Shown here: positions 1-7,695 of the stretch, one piece after another
Position numbering within the stretch: position 1 is the stretch's first letter
Layout of the letters: each line of letters starts with the position of its first letter
Origin: Nanobdellati archaeon
GTDB lineage: Archaea > EX4484-52 > GLR71
DNA: 64,000 nucleotides
Reading direction: 5' to 3'
Assembly (NCBI GenBank): GCA_019429005.1
Contig: JAHYJR010000001.1
Span: forward strand, 200,663 to 264,662
Notes under the pieces: model-generated
What the model was told of the DNA's origin: nothing
The model's input: the letters and a program-made list of their open reading frames with translations, nothing else
Databases searched by the model: none
Position numbers and translations under genes: made by a program

Positions 1-181
1 AATATTTGTTAAATATTTGTGCTAACTCTCACAAAAATATGCTAGTTTTTAGGGTATTTTTTAACAGATTAGCACGCTTGCTAACGTTTTATATCTAATA
101 CTGTATTTTTATTATTTTTTTGTCTGTTTTTTTATTTGTGTGAGACCAAACCTTTATTTAAACTGCGTTCTAAGATTATGT

Positions 182-1192
182 ATGGTATTTAAGCATCTTG
201 TCTTTTGGATTTCAGGAATTTTTGGAACTTCAAGGCCTGTGGTATACAAGGATGAGCTTGATGCTATTGTTGAAACTGTTGTGGGTGGGTTTTCAAAGAT
301 TAATTTACGTATTTCTCAAAGTGATAATGAACTTAGTCTTTTGAGACAATCTGTGCTTCAGACACAACAAATACCAATTAGTGTGAATCTTCCTCAATTA
401 GATAGCCTTATTATGGGTTATTCTACGATTTCAGAACGTGTTCATGTTGTTGAGTCTAATAAAGATGTTATTAGTAATAAATTATTTATTTTAGAATCGA
501 CGCTCTCGTCTCGTATTGATTCTATTGTGTCTCAAAAACTAGAATCTATGGGCTCTAGTACCATTTCCGGTTCTTTAACAACACCTCAAATACTTGAATC
601 TTTGCGTGCTCTAGAATCTTCTGTAAATCATATTAAATCTGAGTTAGTTACACGTTCAACTGTTGAATCTAACAACGTTACAACACCTAACAACAACGTT
701 ACAACAGCAAATAACAATGTTACAACACCTAACAACAACGTTACAACACCTAATAACAACGTTACAACACCTAATAACAATGTTACAACACCTAATAAGA
801 ACGTTACAACAGCAAATATGTCGTTTGATGATGATTTGACTGCACAAGACGATGTTTATGGGGGTTCCGTTGACTTTGGTCAGGGTGTACAAAACGTGTC
901 TGGGCCAAAAGCTTTTGGTTTTAAACCTACTCGTACGGTTGTCACTTCGCGTAATATGAATAAAGTACTTGTTTCATCCTTAATACCTGTTTTTAATGAG
1001 CTTTTAAATGCTGAGAAATTTTTATCTTACTCTGAATTGTCTAAACGTCTAAATAAAAAAGAAGCAACGGCAAGAGCTTATGTTAATGCTTTGAAAACTT
1101 ATGGTGTTTCTATTGATGAACAGACTGTTTCTAACGGGCGTAAGCTTGTAAGGCTTGCAAAGGATGTTGTGCGTAAATATCTTATTCCTTAA
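182..1192 (+). CDS. Coiled-coil plus C-terminal winged-helix DNA-binding protein with internal 7x heptapeptide repeat (NNNVTTP)
   Basis: ORF track gives 140..1192; ATG at 182 follows a TATA-like TTTATTTA near 153-160. C-terminus LSYSELSKRLNKKEATARAYVNALKTYGVSI...GRKLVRL has an HTH-plus-wing pattern; the central region is helical/coiled-coil-like. Confidence 0.75.
   Translation: MVFKHLVFWISGIFGTSRPVVYKDELDAIVETVVGGFSKINLRISQSDNELSLLRQSVLQTQQIPISVNLPQLDSLIMGYSTISERVHVVESNKDVISNKLFILESTLSSRIDSIVSQKLESMGSSTISGSLTTPQILESLRALESSVNHIKSELVTRSTVESNNVTTPNNNVTTANNNVTTPNNNVTTPNNNVTTPNNNVTTPNKNVTTANMSFDDDLTAQDDVYGGSVDFGQGVQNVSGPKAFGFKPTRTVVTSRNMNKVLVSSLIPVFNELLNAEKFLSYSELSKRLNKKEATARAYVNALKTYGVSIDEQTVSNGRKLVRLAKDVVRKYLIP
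668..814 (+). repeat. Intragenic tandem repeat, 7 x 21 bp (consensus AAyAACAAyGTTACAACAsCw)
   Basis: Seven units read directly; the GTTACAACA core is invariant in all seven. Confidence 0.97.
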
Positions 1193-1211
1193 GATGTAAT
1201 TCTTTATAGTT

Positions 1212-1341
1212 CCTGCTGTTATAACAGCAGGTTGTTATTCAATAACATTGTTATAACATTGTTATAACACTATTTAATCAATATCTATAGTCTTATTTAA
1301 TTATCTATACTGTTATAACACAGAATAACATTGTTATAACA
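1212..1341. repeat. Array of palindromic TGTTATAACA sites (1217, 1249, 1260, 1311, 1332), including a perfect 20-bp palindrome CCTGCTGTTATAACAGCAGG
   Basis: Read directly. The 18-mer AATAACATTGTTATAACA is present identically at 1241 and 1324. Confidence 0.93.
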
Positions 1342-1403
1342 GCTATAGAGACTACTGTTTTATATATCTTTCAACGTGTTTTTCATTAGTTAGGGGTTTA
1401 TTA

Positions 1404-1455
1404 GTCACTGAAGCTTCATTGAACTTTTTTTTGAATTCACTGAAACTTCACTGCA
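1404..1455. repeat. Four phased copies of the TTCAcTGAA pseudo-palindrome (1404, 1415, 1436, 1447)
   Basis: gtcactgaa, ttcattgaa, ttcactgaa, ttcactgca; spacings 11, 21 and 11 bp. Confidence 0.8.
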
Positions 1456-3054
1456 CTATAAAACTAAAATATGTTTTTTGTGTGTGGGTGTTTTTATCGT
1501 TTTATAATCTTTTTGTTTTGCGTTTCCCTCTATTTCTATTGTTTTTTTCTGTTTTTTTGATCTGTTAGAATCTTTGGGTTTGTGTATGTGTGTGTGTGTA
1601 TGTGTTTGGATTTTGTTATTTGTGTTATTTTGGGTGGTGTCTATTAGTCTATGTTCTGTTATAATTTTCTACAAAAATAACCACTTTTTGTGAGGGTTAA
1701 ACTTTTGTTTATTTATGTTGTTTGAATTTAGCTTTCTTATGGTCTTTATTGGCTCTTTTAGGTCTCCGTTTGTCTCGATTGTGGCATTTATTTTGTTTAA
1801 CTCTATATTATTTAGTATTTCTTTGTCTTTTGCCCCCCCCCTTTAGTATTCTCATTTGATTTCGTTTATTTTTCATTTAGATTTCAGGATCTTTTGTTTT
1901 CATTTTTTTTTGTCTATTTTTTTCAATTACTATCAATTTTCAGAATATTTGTTTTTATCTCTATTTTTGGCTTTTTTTTGTTATAACTCTCACATTTATA
2001 TCTTATTTTATCCTAATTTGGGTTTATTTCCTGTTTTTATCTAATTTAAGCCTTTATCTGTAATCTAAATCTATCTCTATTGTTGTATTTTCGTTGTGTT
2101 TAAGTCTTTTTAGAAAAAAATAGTTACTTTTGTTCCTTAGTTATCCTTTAGTCTGACACATCTTAACGTTTATCATGTATATCTTAGCGTTTAGTACTTT
2201 GTTTTTGTATTCCTGGTATCTGTCTCTTATTGTTCTGCGTTTCTATTATATCTCTTGAATTCTGCTCTATATAGTACGTATTTTTTAATCGTATTATATT
2301 GCTATATTTACTGTATTTACTCTATATTGCTAGTGGTTTTTATGCTCTTTTTATTGTTTATTTTTGTATCCTTATTTAATCTTGCTAGCACACTCTTTGG
2401 GGGTATATTTGTTTAACACAGATTTTTTATTTTACTATTTTTTTATTTTGCAGACTTTATTCACACATTTCACATTTTATTTAAATAGCTTCTGAATCTC
2501 TTTCAAATTAGACCTTAACTCTCACATTTAGTGGCTCATTTTATTTGTCTTTCTTTTTGAATTTGGGGTTTTTAAGTGTTTATTGTGCTGTTTTAACGCA
2601 CTTTATACTATTTAGATTTTATTGTATTCTGCTGGTTTTTTAAAATGCTTTATATCTTTATAACACACCCGTTTTTAGGTTTTTTCCTTTCAAATGTGTA
2701 TATGCCTACTGTTAAGCTCTATTTCTGTTAAATTAGATCTTGTCCTATTATATTTAGATTGTCTTATAGTTTCATAGTTTTGATATATCTTTTAAATACT
2801 ACATATTATAAAACTCAATTTATACCAATAGACAAGCATATCTTTATATTGCTATATCACTAAATAAATGGTTGTTTTATTGTCTATTGTGCTTAATAAT
2901 ACAGCTTATTTGGAGACAATAGCCCAAAATATGCAATCTTAGGCAAGAACTTAGTTATTTTGGCCTTTTCACGGCACAAAAATTCACAATTTTTTCATAT
3001 TAGGTTTCTTTTAACTCTCTCTTTTTTTATTTTTTAAAATTCAGAACTTAGGCA

Positions 3055-3456
3055 CTAGGGTGTATCAGATTCTGTATTATAGTTATATTTCTTTGCGCTA
3101 AACGCTTTTACTGCAAGCACTATGCTTTCAAAGAAACGTTCACATCTGTTTGATAGTTTATAATAATCACGTTCTTTTGTTTCTATTAGACCTATGCCAA
3201 TAAGTTTGTTTATCATGCTGTAATATGTTGTTTTGGATATATTGTGTTCCTTACAATATATATCCCAATTGGACCTATCAAAAACACCATTATTACCTTT
3301 TTGTCTTAGTTCTTTTAGGAATGTATAGGCATGATCTGGCAGCATTACATTTTTTGAACCTCTATATAACAGGCTCATAAGGCTTTCAAAATCAGGGGTT
3401 TCAAGCGGTTTTACAGATATTGTCGTGTGGTATCTTCTAGGTTTTTTTGTATCCAT
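3055..3456 (-). CDS. Winged-helix domain protein of unknown function
   Basis: NWDIYCKEHNISKTTYYSMINKLIGIGLIETKERDYYKLS is an HTH plus wing; a GTGAT SD-like motif precedes ATG 3456. Confidence 0.75.
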   Translation of the reverse strand: MDTKKPRRYHTTISVKPLETPDFESLMSLLYRGSKNVMLPDHAYTFLKELRQKGNNGVFDRSNWDIYCKEHNISKTTYYSMINKLIGIGLIETKERDYYKLSNRCERFFESIVLAVKAFSAKKYNYNTESDTP

Positions 3457-3791
3457 AATCAATCACATTGATTTTTTGTTTTTTCTTGTTTTTATGTATT
3501 CCTATATTATGTAGAATGGATTGGTTTTATTTTTGTCTAGAAAAAATACACCATTCTGATATGTATCTGAATACACAACACTCGTACAAAACCCCCTTGA
3601 TTACTAGCCTAAACATGGCAAAAATAGCGAAGCTAGTATGTTTAGTTTAGTTATATTAGAATAATGTAGTGTTACTAAGGTATATACAAATAAAAGTATA
3701 ATGATATAGTAAGATATTTTATATCTTATATATTAGACTATCTAAATACATATATATCTATATTACAATGTATATACTGTACAATGTATAA

Positions 3792-3960
3792 GTTAGGCAC
3801 CAATATTGTTTTTGTTAGGCACTAAAAAGTAGGGTTGTTAGGCACTATTTTTGTTTTTTTAGGTTATAAAATTCATTTAGATAATACGTATTTTTGTATG
3901 CTATCTGTAATTTAATGTGTATTGTTTATGTATGTTTGAATAATATGTAGTTAGGCACTA
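3792..3960 (+). repeat. Iteron-like direct repeats GTTAGGCAC(TA) at 3792, 3814, 3837 and 3950
   Basis: Read directly; spacings 22 and 23 bp. Further copies at 3048 and 10834. Adjacent to a very AT-rich stretch at about 3680-3790. Confidence 0.88.
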
Positions 3961-4041
3961 GACAGGTTCTTATTTAGCCCTTTTAATCAAAATTTAAGAA
4001 AAAACAGACTTTTTAGGCTAAAAATAAACAAAAAAACGATA

Positions 4042-4326
4042 TCACTTAAGCTTTTTCATCACTTTTTCAAAATCTTTAGCATATTCAGAACCTTTTTCAG
4101 TCAGTTTTATGTATTTTATACGACCTACTTTTTCAAAAGAAACAATACCTTTTTTCATGAAAAGCTCAAGTATCTTTACTGTATGTGAATATGTGCAATC
4201 TGTTATTTTTGCAAGTGTTGATGCATATACACTTTCATTCTTAATACGTAATGCTAATAGTATTTGAACGGGTTTTGCGTGTAAAAAGAGATCACATAAT
4301 TCTTCATTTTCTTTAACCATATTCAA
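4042..4326 (-). CDS. Small winged-helix (MarR/ArsR-like) DNA-binding protein
   Basis: VYASTLAKITDCTYSHTVKILELFMKKGIVSFEKVGRIKYIKLTEKG is a typical wHTH. Confidence 0.85.
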   Translation of the reverse strand: MNMVKENEELCDLFLHAKPVQILLALRIKNESVYASTLAKITDCTYSHTVKILELFMKKGIVSFEKVGRIKYIKLTEKGSEYAKDFEKVMKKLK

Positions 4327-4436
4327 ACCACCATTAGATAATTGTTAGTATTCTTACTATAAATATCTTTTTGATTTGATGTATATATACCTGCTGTTAA
4401 ATATATATTGTTGTACAGTTGTTCGGCAATTGACTT

Positions 4437-4877
4437 TTAATCAATATAATGCGAATCCAATTCCTTTGTTTTAACATTTGGTAGTTGGAATGGTGGTGGA
4501 AGATTAATCTGTGTTGCATTTATAAGTGCTGTTACAGATGCTTTTGCAAGAATGTTATTAAGTATAGGGATTATTATTTTTTTATCGATTTTTTTATCTG
4601 TTGTCCAGGTTTTAATAATATCTTCTGTTCCTTTTTCATATATAACACGTCCTCTTATTTTAATACCTGCAATTTCGCTATCATCTAATATATATGTTGT
4701 TATATGTTCAAAAAAGACAATAGCATTATATTCATTTATTGTGCTTTTAGAATTAGTATCTTTCTTTATAATTGGTTTGACATCAACAATATTAGCATGA
4801 CTATTAATTTTTATGTTGCCTTTGATATCTCTTTTTTTCCCACAATTTATGCTATCTATGAATGTTTTTAGGATCAT
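4437..4877 (-). CDS. Conserved archaeal hypothetical protein, SecB-like fold suspected
   Basis: Beta-strands, a long helix and C-terminal NLPPPFQLPNV resemble SecB-like proteins; ATGA overlap with the upstream ORF. Confidence 0.6.
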   Translation of the reverse strand: MILKTFIDSINCGKKRDIKGNIKINSHANIVDVKPIIKKDTNSKSTINEYNAIVFFEHITTYILDDSEIAGIKIRGRVIYEKGTEDIIKTWTTDKKIDKKIIIPILNNILAKASVTALINATQINLPPPFQLPNVKTKELDSHYID

Positions 4878-5056
4878 TGTGTATCTACCTTTGATTTTTT
4901 ATTTTTTTCAATCTCTTGAACAACCTTTGCCATATCAAAGCTGCCACGTTTTCCAAGGTATCTAATGACTTTCTGTTTGGATGTTTTGTTTTCCCACGTG
5001 TTCTCTACAAGATACCAATACTCATGACCTTTTATAATTTTTTTTCTAATAAACAT
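4874..5056 (-). CDS. 60-aa basic protein resembling the N-terminal module of IS1634-type transposases
   Basis: MFIRKKIIKGHEYWYLVENTWENKTSKQKVIRYLGK pattern; no catalytic DDE domain follows. Confidence 0.6.
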   Translation of the reverse strand: MFIRKKIIKGHEYWYLVENTWENKTSKQKVIRYLGKRGSFDMAKVVQEIEKNKKSKVDTQ

Positions 5057-5105
5057 TGGGGGTCTATATCTCCAATATACTTTATATTTTAGATTATTGC
5101 CTATT

Positions 5106-5333
5106 TTAGATAATTGCGTGGTATTTCAGTATGACAAATGCGATATATATTATCAATGTGAACATAAACACAAGTTCAATAATTTCTGAAATATTAAGTT
5201 CATTTAGACTTTTTTGAATCTTATTTTGCGTTTTTTCAACTTTTTTAACACTTTTGATTATTTCTACAGCCTTTGGCTTAGTTGTTTTTACAACGTTATT
5301 TTTTGTAGTTTTTGCAGTTTTTTTAACAGCCAT
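5106..5333 (-). CDS. Small Lys-rich protein with C-terminal TM helix
   Basis: ORF preceded by a GGTG SD; hydrophobic C-terminus. Confidence 0.65.
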   Translation of the reverse strand: MAVKKTAKTTKNNVVKTTKPKAVEIIKSVKKVEKTQNKIQKSLNELNISEIIELVFMFTLIIYIAFVILKYHAII

Positions 5334-5410
5334 GTAAACACCAATTCTATTTAGATTTTATCTGTATTTAAGTTTATCTCTATTATTGTTTTTTAGAAAA
5401 AAAGGATTAT

Positions 5411-5436
5411 GGAACTATTAAACTAAAAATAGTTCC
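5411..5436 (-). terminator. Hairpin GGAACTATT...AATAGTTCC downstream of 5438..6106
   Basis: Inverted repeat followed by a T-run on the minus strand. Confidence 0.5.
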
Positions 5437-5437
5437 T

Positions 5438-6106
5438 TTATTTTTTAAGTGATTCTTTTATCATACTAATTAATGTTTTATCTAGTTTTTGAGGTTTACC
5501 AAGTACAGAACCATATATTTTGTCAAGTTCTTTATATTTTTCATCACAAATGTCTATAATTGTGGTAAGTGTTTCAACATAAGTCTTTAACGTTCTCCCA
5601 TTATGTTTGTTATTTATATTTTTTTGAAATTCTGTTGTGTTTGCGAGTATACCCATAAGCATATTTTTTGCAATGAATTTACGTGATTCTAAAAGGTATA
5701 CGGTTTTATCAACGTATTCATCAATATTTTTTATAACAACATCTTTATCTTCATAATGCTCGTTTAGAGTTTCTACAACGTGTGTTTTTATGTTATTTAC
5801 TGAATCATATATTTGATCTAAAGTCCATAATGTTTTATATTTGTTAGATTCTTGTTTTCCTGTCGCATTTAAACAACTATAATCAATTACACTATCACTC
5901 GCATCAAGACCTTCCTTTTGATATGCTTTTGCGACATTATTACTATATGTAGAACTTTCTTGTGGTCTATTATCAAGATATGTTTCAACACTTTTATCAG
6001 TAATTTTTTTGATGGCTCGCTCTTTATGCCCTTCAATGTAACCAACTGACATTAATACTGCTGAAACAACTGTCAATATAGAGATAGTTAATGTAATAAT
6101 TTCCAT
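5438..6106 (-). CDS. Hypothetical protein with N-terminal membrane anchor
   Basis: 222-aa ORF with hydrophobic N-terminus and helical remainder. Confidence 0.7.
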   Translation of the reverse strand: MEIITLTISILTVVSAVLMSVGYIEGHKERAIKKITDKSVETYLDNRPQESSTYSNNVAKAYQKEGLDASDSVIDYSCLNATGKQESNKYKTLWTLDQIYDSVNNIKTHVVETLNEHYEDKDVVIKNIDEYVDKTVYLLESRKFIAKNMLMGILANTTEFQKNINNKHNGRTLKTYVETLTTIIDICDEKYKELDKIYGSVLGKPQKLDKTLISMIKESLKK

Positions 6107-6209
6107 TTAATCCACAGTATAAAATTAGTATTTAGTAGTTTATATATTTTATAGGTGATTTGAACTTGAAATATCATATATTTATCTTTAAATCTTTTAG
6201 AAAAAGGAA

Positions 6210-6282
6210 TAGTCCCGCCAGGATTCGAACCTGGGTCTAGAGATCCAGAGTCTCTTATGCTTGGCCTCTACATTACGGGACT
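6210..6282 (-). tRNA. tRNA-Gln(CTG)
   Basis: Minus strand AGTCCCG...AGAGA-CT-CTG-GA-TCTCT...CCAGG-TTCGAAT-CCTGG-CGGGACT-A; A1-U72 is typical of archaeal tRNA-Gln. Confidence 0.96.
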
Positions 6283-6325
6283 TTAGTACGGTAGTTTTAT
6301 TTACTATAAAAAGTATTAAATAAGT

Positions 6326-7159
6326 ATGGTTATGATTCAAAAATCTGATGGCGTTGTTGAAGCTCTTGATATTAAAAAAACAAGACATAGTTGTATTCGC
6401 GCAGGTGCAACAGAACAGATGGCTGATGAGATTATGAAGGTTGTTTTATCAAAAATAAATGATGGTGATAGTACAAAAAAAATAAGGACTATAATATATG
6501 ATGAATTACATAAGCGTGAAGATACTTTAGCGCATAGGTATGATCTTAAATATGCACTTTCTAGGCTTGACCCTACAACAAGTCAATTTGAGAAATACAT
6601 AACTAGACTTTTTTCTTATTTCGGTTATGAGACAAAGCATAGTCCCGTACCCAAACCTATGGGTCATTGCACAGATCACGAAATTGATGTATTTATGAAA
6701 AATTCTGAAGGTATAAAATTCATAGAATGTAAGCATCATTTTCATTATTATCGTGATACCGGTCTTGATGTGCCAATGCGTGTCTGGGCTAGACTTCAAG
6801 ATCTTCAAGATGGTTTTAAAAGCGGTCGTAAAAATTCATTTAATTTTAAAGGCGCATGGGTCATCACAAACACAAAATTATCAGGGTATGCAATAAGGTA
6901 TGCAACTTGTAAGAAAATAGAATATCTGGCCTGGAATCAACCTAAAGGTAATGGTTTGAATGATTACATTGAAAAAGTGAAGGCCTATCCGTTAACCATA
7001 GTACCTTTGAATGATTATGATCGTGTGAAACTTGCTGCTGAAAACATAATAGATATTAAGGATTTTGTTGCAGCCGACCCTGATAAATTATTAAAATCGG
7101 GTATATCAAACGCGAAATCAGAGAAAGTACGTCGTTTTATATATAAATTGACAGAGTGA
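6326..7159 (+). CDS. ATP-cone plus Mrr-like PD-(D/E)xK restriction endonuclease domain protein
   Basis: N-terminal VMIQKSDGVVEALDIKK ATP-cone pattern; FEKYITRLF...HEIDV...IECKH nuclease motif. Confidence 0.8.
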   Translation: MVMIQKSDGVVEALDIKKTRHSCIRAGATEQMADEIMKVVLSKINDGDSTKKIRTIIYDELHKREDTLAHRYDLKYALSRLDPTTSQFEKYITRLFSYFGYETKHSPVPKPMGHCTDHEIDVFMKNSEGIKFIECKHHFHYYRDTGLDVPMRVWARLQDLQDGFKSGRKNSFNFKGAWVITNTKLSGYAIRYATCKKIEYLAWNQPKGNGLNDYIEKVKAYPLTIVPLNDYDRVKLAAENIIDIKDFVAADPDKLLKSGISNAKSEKVRRFIYKLTE

Positions 7160-7164
7160 TGTAA

Positions 7165-7193
7165 AAGGGTCTGGTTTTTAATTTTAGACCCTT
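7165..7193. terminator. Hairpin AAGGGTCT...AGACCCTT between convergent genes
   Basis: 8-bp inverted repeat. Confidence 0.5.
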
Positions 7194-7211
7194 GCACATA
7201 CTCAATTAAAA

Positions 7212-7535
7212 TTATTTATATTTATGCCGAGTGGAATGATTTTCCATATACTCCATTAGTTGTGATATAACAGTTTTATTTGGCTTTTTTAAAAGTAATT
7301 CTTGTGTTTTTGCTGTTTTTCCAATGTATTTATTAATGTCTTCAATGGTTATGTTTGTATCTGCCATGGCTTCTGATATTTCTGTAAGTTTATCACGAAG
7401 ATCATCTGTTCTAGTTATTTTTGTTAGGTCTAGGGAATTTAATGCTAGATAGGTTTCTGCAAACAGCTCAGGTCTCGTGTATACCGTACCTTTAGAACTT
7501 GTAACATTCTCAGGCAAGTCCTGTACAAAATCCAT
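7212..7535 (-). CDS. Hypothetical protein
   Basis: 107-aa ORF with plausible composition and no recognisable motif. Confidence 0.55.
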   Translation of the reverse strand: MDFVQDLPENVTSSKGTVYTRPELFAETYLALNSLDLTKITRTDDLRDKLTEISEAMADTNITIEDINKYIGKTAKTQELLLKKPNKTVISQLMEYMENHSTRHKYK

Positions 7536-7695
7536 GATGTTCTTTATAATCTTGTGTTTTTGTGTATCTATATCTAAAACTCTTTAATCAAAAATATCTA
7601 CCGTATATAACCTATTGATAACACCGTTTAAATAAATACTGATGTTTAGCTGCAGAATCCCAAAACTTTAAAAAATCCCCTTGTGAATTATATAT

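Larger units (their letters stand above)
1193..3054. other. Long (about 1.86 kb) T-rich non-coding region; candidate replication-origin or partition locus
   Basis: No credible ORF on either strand, strong T excess on the + strand, several repeat families, TG microsatellite at 1581-1605, C9 tract near 1833-1841. Confidence 0.55.

Noticed and set aside
668-814. NVT repeats as N-glycosylation sequons of a surface protein
   Set aside because: No clear signal peptide, a C-terminal wHTH implies a cytoplasmic location, and the same motif recurs in adjacent non-coding DNA.
1856-2044. Phe-rich ORF (also 3468..3650)
   Set aside because: Product of T-rich low-complexity DNA, with TTG starts and no SD.
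3710-3728. TAAGATAT-TTT-ATATCTTA as a XerA dif site
   Set aside because: The geometry is 8-3-8 rather than 11-6-11, in AT-rich DNA where such palindromes arise easily.
1-6210. Integrated element (provirus or plasmid) at the 3-prime end of tRNA-Gln
   Set aside because: No integrase, no duplicated tRNA 3-prime end and no viral hallmark gene in the window. It cannot be fully excluded because the other end could lie to the left.
6197-6388. 63-aa minus-strand ORF
   Set aside because: It overlaps tRNA-Gln and the start of the divergent gene.
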